Of a DNA stretch of 64,000 nucleotides, positions 27,641 to 38,081 are shown one piece after another. Position 1 is the stretch's first letter. Each line of letters opens with the position of its first letter. The position numbers and the translations under genes were made by a program. A model generated the notes under the pieces. The model was not told the DNA's origin, did no database searches, and saw only the letters and a program-made list of their open reading frames with translations. The stretch covers positions 704,001 through 768,000 of the forward strand of contig CAWIIB010000001.1 of the NCBI GenBank assembly GCA_963836075.1, in the 5' to 3' direction. This stretch comes from an uncultured Acidobacteriota bacterium (GTDB lineage Bacteria; Acidobacteriota; JAQAZP01).

Positions 27641-29925
27641 CCCCCCACCAGTTCCCGCAGCAGCGCCTGCACGCCTTCACGGTATCCGGCTTCACTACCC
27701 ACACAGGCCGGGCAGCCGTCGCGGCAGCCGCAGCGCTCCACCACGTCCCGGGCCGCGGCCAGCCAGACCTCCAGCTGGTCGTACCCGTGCTTCGCAAAAC
27801 CGATGCCGCCGGGGTGCAGGTCGTAAATGACCACCACCGTGTGTATCCCGGGCAGGCTGATCCCCTCCTCGCCCAGCTTCCCCGGCAGGGCCAGGGTCAC
27901 CACGCCGGAACAGATATCCCTGGCGTCGCAGAGGGCGAAGAGCGGCAGGGTCCGCTCCATCAGGTAGGCCAGGCCTCCGGCCGCCCGAGCCATGGACCGG
28001 CCGCCGGATGCCGCGGCGGTGCGGGGCAGGGCCAGCCAGACCCCCACGGTCTCCAGGGTGGTCTCCGGCAGGTCCAGTTCCTCAACTGCCAGGCCGGCCG
28101 GGGTTCGCGGGCCGAACTTGCGGAAGCCGCTGACCCGGCTGGTCACCGCCACCTCGGCCACGCCGGCCGGGGAACCGGATCCGGCAAGGGGCCGCGAGCT
28201 GATCTCGCTCCCCACGGCCAGCCGGATGTCGGTGACCGGCCGGGTGAGGTAGCCCGGGTCGTGCCTGGTCACCGCGGCGGTTCCGGTATCCAGATCCAGC
28301 GTGCTCACCAGCCAGGGTTCACCCAGATGGAGATAGACGGCACCGGGGTGCACCAGCAGGCCGGCGGCGCTCTGCTCCACCGTGCCCACCTCCTCTCCGG
28401 TCTCCTGGTCGCGGATGATCACGGTGTTCTGGGATGCGCTGCGCAGGCTCACCGCGCCGGCGGGGTGCTCCTCGCCCTTCCAACCCAGGCCACGGGCGGC
28501 CGGTCCCAGGTCACCCTGGTCCAGCAGTTGGGGCAGCAACTCGTCGAGCAGGGGGAAGAAACTGGTGTCGTCGGGGGTCAACGGGATCTCGGCGGCTGCG
28601 GCGGCCAGGTGCGCCCGGAGCACCAGCGGGTTCTCGGGGTTGATCACCGCCCGCTCCACCGGCGAGCCGAAAAAGAACTCCGGGTGGTTGGCGACATACT
28701 GATCGGTGGGGCTGTTCTCCGCCACCAGCAGGGTCAGTGAGGGCCCGTCGCGGCGGCCGGCGCGGCCGGCCCGCTGCCAGGTGGCGGCCACCGAGCCGGG
28801 GTAGCCGCAGAGCAGGCAGAGGTCCAGGCCGCCCACGTCGATGCCCAGCTCCAGGGCGGTGGTGGAGACCACCGCCTGCAGGGCGCCCGAGGACAGGTCC
28901 CGCTCCAGCCGGCGCCGTTCCTGTGGCAGGTAGCCCGAGCGGTAGGCGCTCACCGGGGCGGTCCCCCCGGCGACACCGGCTGTGGCCCCGGCCTGGCGGG
29001 CCAGGCGTTCAGCGGTCATCCGCGAGGGGACGAAGGCGATGGTGCGCACCTGGTGGGCCAGCGCCTCGCGGAGCATCCGCCCCCCTTCCTCCACCGCCCC
29101 CGGTTTGCGGCCATCCGTGGGGTTGGCCGGCGGGTTCCAGAAAATGAAGGTGCGCTCGCTGCGCGGGGCGCCGTCAGCGGATACGGCCAGCTGGGGAAGA
29201 CCGGTGAGCCGCTCAGCCAGTTCCGCCGGGTTGCCGATGGTGGCCGAGCAGCAGACAAAGACCGGGTCACGCCCGGAATAGAGACGGCAGACCCGGCGCA
29301 GGCGGCGGATCACGTTGGCCACGTGGGAACCGAAGACGCCGCGGTAGCCGTGTATCTCGTCGAGTACCACCAGCCGCAGGTTCTGGAAAAAGAACTGCCA
29401 GTGCCGCAGACCGTGGTTGGGCAGGATACCGGTGTGCAGCATGTCGGGATTGCTAAGGATGAAGTTTGCCTCACGGCGCAGCGGCCCCCGGGCGGCGGTG
29501 GGCGTGTCGCCGTCGTAGACCCCGGCGCGGAGGGTGAAGGAGGGGTCGCCGCCGGCCAGGGCCTGAAGCCCCCGCAGCTGGTCCTGGGCCAGGGCCTTGG
29601 TGGGAAAAAGCAGCAGCGAGCGGCTGGCCGGGTCGCTGAGCACCTGTTCCATCGCCGGCACCGTGTAGCAGAGTGATTTGCCGCTGGCCGTTCCGGTGGT
29701 CAGCACCACGTGGCTCCCGTTGCGCACCGCCGAGACGGCCTGGGCCTGGTGGCTGTAGAGCCTGCCGATGCCGGCGGCCTCGAGCATCCTCTCCACTGCC
29801 GGCGCCACGGCGAAGTCTTTCCCGGCATGGTCCGCCGGCTCGGCCGGCAACGTCCGGTGCTCGGCAATGCACTGCCGCCGCTCCCCCTCGCCGATGATCT
29901 GCTGCAGAATACTGTCCAACGACAT
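27637..29925 (-). CDS. DEAD/DEAH-box helicase with DUF1998 Zn domain (MrfA/SftH/Hrq1 family)
   Basis: LYSHQ, TGTASGKS, PTKALAQDQ, DEIH, SAT, ALELGIDVG, QRAGRAGR; C-terminal CDARD...CGCRDGCPAC. Confidence 0.93.
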   Translation of the reverse strand: MSLDSILQQIIGEGERRQCIAEHRTLPAEPADHAGKDFAVAPAVERMLEAAGIGRLYSHQAQAVSAVRNGSHVVLTTGTASGKSLCYTVPAMEQVLSDPASRSLLLFPTKALAQDQLRGLQALAGGDPSFTLRAGVYDGDTPTAARGPLRREANFILSNPDMLHTGILPNHGLRHWQFFFQNLRLVVLDEIHGYRGVFGSHVANVIRRLRRVCRLYSGRDPVFVCCSATIGNPAELAERLTGLPQLAVSADGAPRSERTFIFWNPPANPTDGRKPGAVEEGGRMLREALAHQVRTIAFVPSRMTAERLARQAGATAGVAGGTAPVSAYRSGYLPQERRRLERDLSSGALQAVVSTTALELGIDVGGLDLCLLCGYPGSVAATWQRAGRAGRRDGPSLTLLVAENSPTDQYVANHPEFFFGSPVERAVINPENPLVLRAHLAAAAAEIPLTPDDTSFFPLLDELLPQLLDQGDLGPAARGLGWKGEEHPAGAVSLRSASQNTVIIRDQETGEEVGTVEQSAAGLLVHPGAVYLHLGEPWLVSTLDLDTGTAAVTRHDPGYLTRPVTDIRLAVGSEISSRPLAGSGSPAGVAEVAVTSRVSGFRKFGPRTPAGLAVEELDLPETTLETVGVWLALPRTAAASGGRSMARAAGGLAYLMERTLPLFALCDARDICSGVVTLALPGKLGEEGISLPGIHTVVVIYDLHPGGIGFAKHGYDQLEVWLAAARDVVERCGCRDGCPACVGSEAGYREGVQALLRELVGG

Positions 29926-30051
29926 GGGGTTCTCCTGTGCGGCTTTACTCGTCCCCGGCCGAAATGATAGCGTCAGGGGGCCGCCGGGGGAACCCCGCGG
30001 CTCCCGGCGCCAATACAGATCACCCGAAATATCCTGCTGCGGAGTTCACCG

Positions 30052-31461
30052 ATGAGGCTCACTGCAACCGGCTGCATCGTCCTGCTGCTGCTCTTTTGCT
30101 GCTGTGCGGCATGGGCCGCCAGTAGCGACGGACCGGTGACTGAAATCGTCCTCGACTGCTCCCGGGCCATGAAAGCCACCGGCCCGGAACACGATTCCTC
30201 GATCCAGATGGCCTGGCAAGCCCTGGCCCACCACTACCTCGGCCTGGCCGCGGAGACGACCGGCACCCGCCGCCTGCCCGCCCTGCGCCTGGCTGGCGGT
30301 TCAGCCGGGGGGGACAACCAGTGGCGGCCCGATCAGCTGGTGCACGACGGCCGTTCCGGTCATTCGCCCTTTCGCCCCGGCTGTCCGCTGCCGCCGGCAC
30401 CCGCTGCCGGTGGGCTCCTGCCCCTTTCCCAGGCGCTCAGCGCCGCCGCCGGTGACCTGGCCCGCAACAGGAACCGCAGCCAGGGGTACATCCTGCTCAT
30501 CGCCGCCGGCTGGGAGGGCGGCACCGGCAATCCTCACGACCTGGCCAACGGATCACAGAGTGGAAACGGGGCCCCGGTGATCCACGTCATCGGTCTGGCT
30601 CCCCTGCCGGCCGAGGCGCGTCAGTTGCGGCAGCTGGCGGCAAAGAGCGGAGGGATCTACCGCGAGGTGGCCGGGCCGGCCGGTCTGGAGCAGGCGCTGC
30701 AGATCCTCGCCGGGTCCGGCGGCATCCTCTTCTCGGCTTCCACCGCGGACGGGGAGCCGCCGCCGCCCGGCTCGCGTCTGAGCATCGCCGACCGCCGCGG
30801 GTGGTATCGCCGGGACTTCGATTACCAGGCCTGGGCCCACCGCGGGGGGCAGACCTGGGTTCCGGCCGGGCCCTACGACCTGGAGCTGCACTGCTCCGGA
30901 CGGTCGTCGCCGTTTCCGGCGCCGCCGGTGTCGGTGGAACGGGGCCGGCTGTCCCGCTGCACGCTGGAGGTGCCCCACCGGGGTCAGCTCACCGTCCAGG
31001 TGACCTCCCCCGAGAAAACAGCCCGCCGGCCGGAATCCACCATCTCCATCTTTGACGGTGACGGCCAGCCGGTGTACCGGCTGAACTACCGTGACCAGTC
31101 CTCCATCCCGCTCTATCCCGGGGAATACCTGATGCGTGTCCGCCCCTACCCCGACCTGAACAGTTTCGGCGAGGAAACCAGATGGTTCCGGATCAAGGAA
31201 GGCGAGCCCACGGCGATCTACATCCACCTGCCCGCCGAGGGGCTGCTGGTCTTCGAACAGAGCGGCCCGGCGCCGCAGGTCCGGATCGAAGACCGTCAGG
31301 GCGCAGTGGTCTGGAACGGCATGGCGGACGGCACCCTGTCCCTGCCCGCAGGGCGCTACCGGATGCGTCTGCTGAACGAAGACCGGGAGCTGGTGAAATC
31401 GAAGCGCTTTCGCATCAGGGGCGGGGAGACGCGGCGGTTGGGGCCGTTCCAGACCGACTGA
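30052..31461 (+). CDS. Secreted protein with a degenerate VWA domain and C-terminal beta-sandwich repeats
   Basis: Signal peptide; IVLDCSRAM (MIDAS DxSxS-like), ILLIAAG, IHVIGL, LAAKSGGIY; repeated PAGPY/PGEY/PAGRY motifs. Confidence 0.7.
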   Translation: MRLTATGCIVLLLLFCCCAAWAASSDGPVTEIVLDCSRAMKATGPEHDSSIQMAWQALAHHYLGLAAETTGTRRLPALRLAGGSAGGDNQWRPDQLVHDGRSGHSPFRPGCPLPPAPAAGGLLPLSQALSAAAGDLARNRNRSQGYILLIAAGWEGGTGNPHDLANGSQSGNGAPVIHVIGLAPLPAEARQLRQLAAKSGGIYREVAGPAGLEQALQILAGSGGILFSASTADGEPPPPGSRLSIADRRGWYRRDFDYQAWAHRGGQTWVPAGPYDLELHCSGRSSPFPAPPVSVERGRLSRCTLEVPHRGQLTVQVTSPEKTARRPESTISIFDGDGQPVYRLNYRDQSSIPLYPGEYLMRVRPYPDLNSFGEETRWFRIKEGEPTAIYIHLPAEGLLVFEQSGPAPQVRIEDRQGAVVWNGMADGTLSLPAGRYRMRLLNEDRELVKSKRFRIRGGETRRLGPFQTD

Positions 31462-32784
31462 TCATTTCTTCAGGCCGGCCAGCCGCAGCAGCCGCTGGGC
31501 CAGTTCCTGCTGCTCGTCCTTGTAACGGTTGAATAGCTGGAGCGCCTGCGACTGCCGTCCCATCTTGTAAAAGACGAACGCCAGGCAGAGGTTCACTTCC
31601 GGCAGGTCCGGGGCCACCTGGCGCACCATTTCCAGGTGGTCGTGGGCCTCCTCCAGCCGTCCCACCATGGAGAGGGCCAGGCCGAGGTGGAAGCGCGCCT
31701 CCAGGTCGCCTTCGTCGAGGTCCAGAGCCCTGCTCAGCGACCGTGCGGCGCCGGCGGCGTCTCCCTGCTCCAGCAGCAGGACGCCCACCTTGTAGTGCCC
31801 GTCGGGGTCCCGGGGGTTGAGGTCGGCGGCCCGTCGAAAAGCGGTGAGCGCCTGTTCCCGGCGGCCGGCCCGCCAGCGGACTTCGCCGAGGTAGTAGTGG
31901 CCGTCGGCATTGCGGTCCTGCAGTTCGATCACCTGCCGGAACTCCGATTCGGCCTCGCCCAGTGCGCCACGTTCCAGCAGCACCGCACCGAGGCAGAGCC
32001 GCCCCTCGGCCGAGTCGGGGGCCACGGCCAGCAGCTGGCGGACCACCTTCTCCGCCAGGTAGTAGAGCCCCTGATTGTTGTAGGCCACCGCCTTGTTCAG
32101 CATGGCGCAGATATTTTTGGGGTCCATCTCCAGGGCCATGCTGAACTGGTTCACCGCCCCCTCCACCTCACCCTGCCCATAGAGGGAGATGCCCAGGCCA
32201 ACATAGGCCTCGGCCCAGCCCGGGTGTTCGTCCATCAGTCGCCGGAACTGGTCGGCGGCCTCGCTGTGCCGGCCCATGCGCTCCAGCACATAGCCCTTGT
32301 GCAGCCGGGCGGTCTGGCTGGAGGCGTCGATGCGCAGGGCCTCGTTGAGCTCCTCGAGGGCTCTTTCGTAGAGGCCTACGCTGTGCAGCATCGATCCCAT
32401 CACCATGTGGGTGAAGCTGGAGTCGGGCCCCGATGATTCGGCCAGCCGGATCAGCGGGGCGATGGAGTCGGCCGAGTGGTGGGCCGGCAGGTGCAGGCGG
32501 TGGGCCGCCCCGGGGTGGTTGTAGGCCCGGCGGCTGCGGCCGGTGAAGGGGATGACCCGTCCCGGTTCCTGGTCGGCCATGGCGGCCTCCAACGGACCGG
32601 TCTCCGATTCCCCGTTCTTTGGTGCCGCCGTACCGCGGGAGAGCTGGAGGTAACAGATCTCGGAACAGACGATGTTCCGCCAGAGCGGCTCGACTTTTTC
32701 CACGGGGTCCGACCCGAACGCACCCGTGCCGCCCTTGATATCACCGCCGCAGATCGGACAGCTGTCGGTCATTTTGACCATCAC
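31462..32784 (-). CDS. TPR protein with an N-terminal Zn-finger-like CxxC...CxxxC
   Basis: CPICGG...CSEIC; about 9 canonical TPRs (AEAYVGLGISLYGQG, DGHYYLGEV, EARFHLGLAL). Confidence 0.85.
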   Translation of the reverse strand: MMVKMTDSCPICGGDIKGGTGAFGSDPVEKVEPLWRNIVCSEICYLQLSRGTAAPKNGESETGPLEAAMADQEPGRVIPFTGRSRRAYNHPGAAHRLHLPAHHSADSIAPLIRLAESSGPDSSFTHMVMGSMLHSVGLYERALEELNEALRIDASSQTARLHKGYVLERMGRHSEAADQFRRLMDEHPGWAEAYVGLGISLYGQGEVEGAVNQFSMALEMDPKNICAMLNKAVAYNNQGLYYLAEKVVRQLLAVAPDSAEGRLCLGAVLLERGALGEAESEFRQVIELQDRNADGHYYLGEVRWRAGRREQALTAFRRAADLNPRDPDGHYKVGVLLLEQGDAAGAARSLSRALDLDEGDLEARFHLGLALSMVGRLEEAHDHLEMVRQVAPDLPEVNLCLAFVFYKMGRQSQALQLFNRYKDEQQELAQRLLRLAGLKK

Positions 32785-32911
32785 CCGGAATCCTCACCTC
32801 GCAGGAGCCCCACTCCACGGTTACCATGAAACCGGCTCTCCCGTCTCTTTCATCGACTTCATATATAGTTCCCTGCAGTAAAATGTCAAACAGGGTTGTC
32901 ACGGCACGAGG

Positions 32912-35502
32912 TCAATAGAGACGTCCGCCGGCCACGGCCCCGCCATGGGTCAGCCCCAGGCCGCCATAAGCATCGGCATCGAAGAGGTCCATCAGGGACA
33001 GGGACGGGCCGTCCGCGTTCCAGGCCCGCAGGTGCGGCCCCTGGCCGGGATCGGGCCCGGGCATGGTGAGGATTTCGTCGACCCCGTCACCGTCCAGGTC
33101 GGTGCAGGCCACCCTGGCGCCGTAAGCCGCACCGTCGTAGGCGAAGAAGTTCACCCCGGGCAGCGGGGCCACCGTGGAACCATCCCAGGCCCAGCCCCGG
33201 ACGTGCGCCCCGAAAATGCTTCCCGGCCCGGCCCCGGTGATGATCTCGTCGATGCCGTCACCGTCCAGGTCCCCGCAGGCCACGTTGACCCCGTATTTCA
33301 GCGTGCCGTAGGCAAAGAAACTGATGGCGGGGATGGATGCGGCCGGCCCGCCATCCACGTTCCAGCCCCGGACGTGGGGCCCGTACACCGCACCGGGCCC
33401 GGCGCCGGTGACGATCTCGTCATACCCGTCCCCGTCCAGGTCGCCACAGCAGACGTTGACACCCCACTTGGGCGTGCCGTAGGCAAAGAAGCTGACCCCG
33501 GGCAGCGGCGTGGCCGGGCCGCCGTCCACATTCCAGCCGCGCACGTGGGGTCCGAAAACCGCGCCGGGCCCGGCGCCGGTGACGATCTCGTCATACCCGT
33601 CCCCGTCCAGGTCGCCGCCGGCCACGTTGACCCCGTATTTCAGCGTGCCGTACGCAAAGAAGCTCACGCCGGCAACCGGCTCTCCCCGGGAGCTGAAAGC
33701 CCGCACGTGGGGGCCCAGCACGTCTCCCGGACCGGGACCGGTGAGCACTTCGTCCCGCCCGTCGCCGTCCAGGTCGCCGCAGGCCACGTTGACCCCGTAC
33801 CCGTCACGCCGTAAGCCTCCCAGCGGGTCAGCGGCCCGCCGGAGGCCAGGGAGCTCCAGGGGCGCACCGCCGGCGGGTTGACCTGGGCCGGCCCGGGTCC
33901 GGTGACCGCCAGCAGGCCGCTGACCGCCTCGCCGGTGCCCTGCCGCAGGCCGCGGTAGCAGTCCCCAGGGCCAACGAAGTGGAAGCGCTCCACACCGCCA
34001 TAGGGCCAGGTCACCAGGGCGCCCACCGCATCGTTCCTGGCCCCCATGCCGAAGTGCAGCGGCCGCATGTTCATCGTCCCGTCGCCGGTGGCCGACTCCA
34101 CCTGCCGGGCGCCGGAGAGCGTGCCGTCTTCGAAGACCAGCCGGGCCGACGCGCCAACGGCGTCGATGCCGCAGTGTTGCGGGTCCCCCTGCAGTATCAG
34201 CACCAGCCAGTGGTCACCTGTCCCGTCCGGGTCGAGGTCATTCCCCAGCAGGTGCTTGCCCGCCAGGTCGTCCAGGCCGCCGTTGAAGTAGAGGTCCACG
34301 TCGCCGTCCCGGTCGTAGTCGGCAACGGCCAGGCAGGAGATCTGGCGGAAGAATTTCTGCTGATCCAGGCCCATGGCCTGGGTGACGTCCTGGAACTGGC
34401 CGATCTGTTCCGGCCCCAGGTTCTCGAACAGATGGCCGTAGTGCTCGTACCACTGGCAGGCGATCAGGTCGAGGTCGCCGTCGTTGTCATGGTCCAGCCA
34501 GATGGCGCTGTGCCACTCGTTCTGCATCAGGGGCAGACCGTTGTCGTCGCTGGTGTTGAAAAAGGTGCCGTCGCCCTGGTTGCGGAAGATGGCCGCACGG
34601 CCGTGGATGTTGGCCACCACCAGGTCGAAGTCGCCGTCGTTGTCGTAGTCGCCCCAGGACGCCCCACTGGCCAGCCCGATGCCGTAGCGGCCGTGGGGCT
34701 CGATGTGCACCCCGGCCTCCTCCGCCGCATCCACAAAGTATCCGGCGCCGTCATTGCGCCAGAGCAGGTTCTCCCAGGAGGGGTCGGAAGGGGAGACGCC
34801 GTAGACCGGCACGAAGATGTCGAGGTCCAGGTCGCTGTCGTAGTCGCAGACCGCCACCCCCCGGGACTGCCGCTCGAAGTTGGTGTTGCCCAGCTGGGGG
34901 ATCCGCAGTTCGGTGACATCGGCCCAGGCGCCGGGGGAAGCGGCCTCGAACAGACGATCGGGCCCCCGGGTGTAGTTGGGCTCCCAGTTGCCGAAGATTG
35001 TCTGGTAGATCTCGCAGGCCCCGTCACCGTCGGCCTCGAAGAAGACCGGGGTTTCCGAGCGGAGGTTGGTGGGGTTCTGGTAAATGGTGCTGCGGCTGAA
35101 CGAGAATCCGGGAGGCCCGCCGTTGTCGTAGTAGTAGACCGCGGTGACCCTCCCCGCGGTGGTCACCAGGTCGCAGGACTGGACGCAGTCCTGGTCGCCG
35201 TCGTTGTCGGCGTCGGCCCAGCTCACCCGGTAGTCATGGCCCCATTCGGTATCCAGGCCCAGGCCCGTGGCCAGGGTGAACGTGCCGTCCCAATTGTTGA
35301 TGTAGAGAACGTCCCCGCCCAGGTGCAGGTCGGGGTAGCCGTCGCCGTCGGCATCGGGCCAAGCGGCGAAGGAGCCGCCGTCGATCTGCCCCGGTTCGGC
35401 CCCCAGCGCCGGCAGGGTCAGCTCCACGAACCCGGCAGCGGCCGGGGCCGTGATCAGGACCGGCAGCAGGACCAGGCAACAAACTTTCAGCACCCTCGAC
35501 AT
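32912..35502 (-). CDS. Secreted CRTAC1/ASPIC-UnbV FG-GAP protein with a C-terminal tandem FG-GAP module; frameshift near 33800
   Basis: DxDxDGxxD repeats, HWLVLILQG, PLHFGMG (UnbV); adding one G in GGG at about 33800 gives AYGVTGYGVNVACGDLDGDG and joins ORFs 33664..35502 and 32912..33787. Confidence 0.85.
33100..33800 (-). repeat. Intragenic tandem repeat, about 171 bp (57 aa) unit, about 4 copies
   Basis: Unit FFAYGTLKYGVNVACGDLDGDGYDEIVTGAGPGAVFGPHVRGWNVDGGPATPLPGVS; near-identical DNA at 33279-33318 and 33621-33660 (342 = 2x171 apart). Confidence 0.85.
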
Positions 35503-35628
35503 CGCTCACCCTCCGCGGCAGCCGATGGTAAAAGAGGTCAATCCGGCGGATAATGGGGTCTGACGAATTGCCCGCTCCCCGATGGATCATTATACATCCA
35601 CCGGTGGCGGAGTGCCCGGAGTGATCTG

Positions 35629-36486
35629 ATGAACAAAACCTATGCCGGCCGATACCGCTGCTTCACGCTGGAGACGGGGACGCTGACCCTCGACGGGTCG
35701 AGTATGTTCCAGTCGGCGCCGCCCGAGGCCTGGAGACTCCATTTTCAGGTGGAGGACGACGGCAGCATGCTCTTTGCCGTGCGCAGCCTGCTGCTGCAGA
35801 GCCGGGCCTCCACGGTGCTGGTGGACACCGGCTGCGGCGACACCCTGCCCCAGGCACTGGTGGAGGAGTACGGTGTCCACTGCCCGGTCAACTCCCTCAC
35901 CGGGTCGCTGGCTGCGCGGGGCATCCCGCCCGACTCGGTGACCCACGTGGTGTTGACCCACCTGCACCTCGACCACCTCGGCGGGGCCACCACCCGCCGC
36001 GGCGGCGAACTGCGCCTCGCCTTCCCCCGGGCGGTGCACCTCGTGCAGCGGACCCAGCTGGAGTCTGCCCTCCGGCCGCGGCCCGCGGAGCGGGACTCTT
36101 ACATCGCCGAGGACGTGGCGCTCCTCGCCGGGTCGGAAGGCCTGCAGGTGCTGGACGGGCCCGGCGAGATCCTGCCCGGCCTGGAAGTGGGGGTGGCCGA
36201 CGGCCATACCGCCGGCCAGCAATACGTGGTGGTGCGGGATGACCGGCAGCCGCTGCTCTTTGCCGCCGATGTGATCCCCACCGCGGCCCACGTGCCCTTC
36301 CCCTGGTTCACCGCCTACGACCTGGACGGCCGCCTGGCGGTGCGGGAGAAGAAGCTGCTGCTGAAACGGGCCGCCCTGGAAAACCAGCTGGTGGTCTTCG
36401 ACCACGAGCCGCGCTTTGCCGCCTGCACCGTTGCCCGCGAGGGCCGGAGTTTCAGGATCGTGGAGCGCACAGCAACGCTCGGTTAG
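35629..36486 (+). CDS. MBL-fold metallo-hydrolase (YtnP-like)
   Basis: LVDTGCG, THLHLDHLGG (HxHxDH), GHTAGQ, AADV, FDHEP. Confidence 0.9.
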   Translation: MNKTYAGRYRCFTLETGTLTLDGSSMFQSAPPEAWRLHFQVEDDGSMLFAVRSLLLQSRASTVLVDTGCGDTLPQALVEEYGVHCPVNSLTGSLAARGIPPDSVTHVVLTHLHLDHLGGATTRRGGELRLAFPRAVHLVQRTQLESALRPRPAERDSYIAEDVALLAGSEGLQVLDGPGEILPGLEVGVADGHTAGQQYVVVRDDRQPLLFAADVIPTAAHVPFPWFTAYDLDGRLAVREKKLLLKRAALENQLVVFDHEPRFAACTVAREGRSFRIVERTATLG

Positions 36487-36510
36487 AGCGTGAGAGGTGA
36501 CTGTCCCCAT

Positions 36511-37968
36511 CTAAAACGGCAGCACGCCCCAGCCGTAGAAACCGAAGAAGAAGCTGAGGATGGCCAGGTCTTCGCCGTCCACCACACCGTTGCCGTCAAG
36601 GTCCGCGGGCGGCAGCCACTGTTCGCCGTCCGACCCTGATCCAAAAGCATATGAAAAATGGCCCAGGTCAATGCCGTCCACCCGGCCGCTGAGGTTCACG
36701 TCGCCGCCCAGGGGCAGCCCGGCCATGGTCTGCTGGATGAGCCAGAGGGCGGCGGGCAGGTTTTCCTCGAAGGTGGGCTGGATGTCCGAGGGCGGGTTGA
36801 CGAAGCCGTCCAGCCCGTTGTCCGGTCCGGGGCGCAGTTCGACGGTGAAGGCCGGGATGCGAAACGTGCCGTAGGCCCAGTCGACGGTATCGCCGTTGAC
36901 CAGGTACAGCAGATCGTTTCCGCCCCCCTCGTATGGCACGCCGTGCACCGCGGTGATCATGTTGGCCATGGAGCGGGAGAGCCAGAGGAAGTACGACTCG
37001 TCCGCCGTGGGCTCGCTGGTGTAGCCCCAGGCCTTGAGCACCAGCTGGGAGAAGTTGTGGTAGCTGATCAGGGCGGAGAAAGGCCGCCCGGTGCTCATCA
37101 GGTCGCGGATGGCCGAGCTCTCCGGCTCGGAGAAAGGTGCCGGTCCGCGGTAGGTGCCGGAATTCGGGTTGCCGCTGGAACCTTCATTGTCATACCCCCA
37201 GCGGTAGCCGTAGTTGCGGTTGAGGTCCACCCCCCAGCTGCCGTTGCCGTTGTCCCGCCGGTTCTTGCGCCACAGCCGGTCATGTTCCACCGTGTAGACA
37301 TGGCCGTCCGGGTTGAGCATCGGCACCACCCAGGTCTCGGCCCCGCTGACACAGGCGGCAGCCTGGCCGCCGGCGCCGCTCTGCTCCAGCAGGTGGCGGC
37401 CGATGAGCAGCGTGGTCTCCACCGAGATCCATTCCCGGGCGTGGTGGCAGCCCACCAGCAGGATCCGCGGCTCATCCGCCTCGTCCAGGTCCACGTTGTC
37501 GCTGATCTTCAGCGCCCAGATGGGCCGCCCCTCAACACTCTGGCCGATCTGGTGCAGACTGGCGATGCCAGGGAAGGAGTCGGCCAGGTCGGCCAGTTCG
37601 CCGGACAGCTCGCCGTAGGTGTGGAAAGCCGATTCCTCCACCTGCCGGGAATTCCCCGTGCGGTAGATGGAGAGGTCCTCCCGCAGCACCAGGAAGCCCC
37701 CCCCGCCGGGGACCAGCGTGCCCAGCAGTTCCGGCGTGGCGATCACCACCGCCCCGTCATGCCCCACGGAGAGGATATCCACCTGGCTGGCGGCCAGGGA
37801 CCGCAGCAGCGCCGATCCGGGAACGGCGCCGGGCACCCGGGCCATCAGTTCGTCGGCCTCCGCCCTGGAGACGGCCGAAGGAGGAAGAATGAAGAAGAGG
37901 GCCGCCAGGGCCAGGCACGCCAGGAGGCGGGTGGTCGGAGCAGGATGCTGTGTCATCGTGGTCACCAT
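36511..37968 (-). CDS. Secreted M14 zinc carboxypeptidase (carboxypeptidase T-like) with a C-terminal dockerin-like domain
   Basis: HHAREW, NPDG, WRKNRR, GVDLNRNY, FSEPES, ISYHNFS, ELRP; C-terminal GDVNLSGRVDGIDL...ADLDGNGVVDGEDL. Confidence 0.92.
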   Translation of the reverse strand: MVTTMTQHPAPTTRLLACLALAALFFILPPSAVSRAEADELMARVPGAVPGSALLRSLAASQVDILSVGHDGAVVIATPELLGTLVPGGGGFLVLREDLSIYRTGNSRQVEESAFHTYGELSGELADLADSFPGIASLHQIGQSVEGRPIWALKISDNVDLDEADEPRILLVGCHHAREWISVETTLLIGRHLLEQSGAGGQAAACVSGAETWVVPMLNPDGHVYTVEHDRLWRKNRRDNGNGSWGVDLNRNYGYRWGYDNEGSSGNPNSGTYRGPAPFSEPESSAIRDLMSTGRPFSALISYHNFSQLVLKAWGYTSEPTADESYFLWLSRSMANMITAVHGVPYEGGGNDLLYLVNGDTVDWAYGTFRIPAFTVELRPGPDNGLDGFVNPPSDIQPTFEENLPAALWLIQQTMAGLPLGGDVNLSGRVDGIDLGHFSYAFGSGSDGEQWLPPADLDGNGVVDGEDLAILSFFFGFYGWGVLPF

Positions 37969-38081
37969 TGATGGGTGCGGGCCGGAACATCCCGGGCCCG
38001 CGGTTCGCCGCCACTATGATAGTATAACTGATCGTCGGCCCGGTGGCCGCGATTGCCATGCTTTTCAGCGAGGATCACCCG

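Noticed and set aside
27637-29925. DUF1998 helicase as part of a DISARM/Druantia defence system
   Set aside because: Single-polypeptide MrfA/Hrq1 architecture; no methylase, PLD nuclease or other partner genes adjacent.
33100-33800. Regular direct repeats as a possible CRISPR array
   Set aside because: The 171-bp in-frame coding repeats have no unique spacers, and there are no cas genes.
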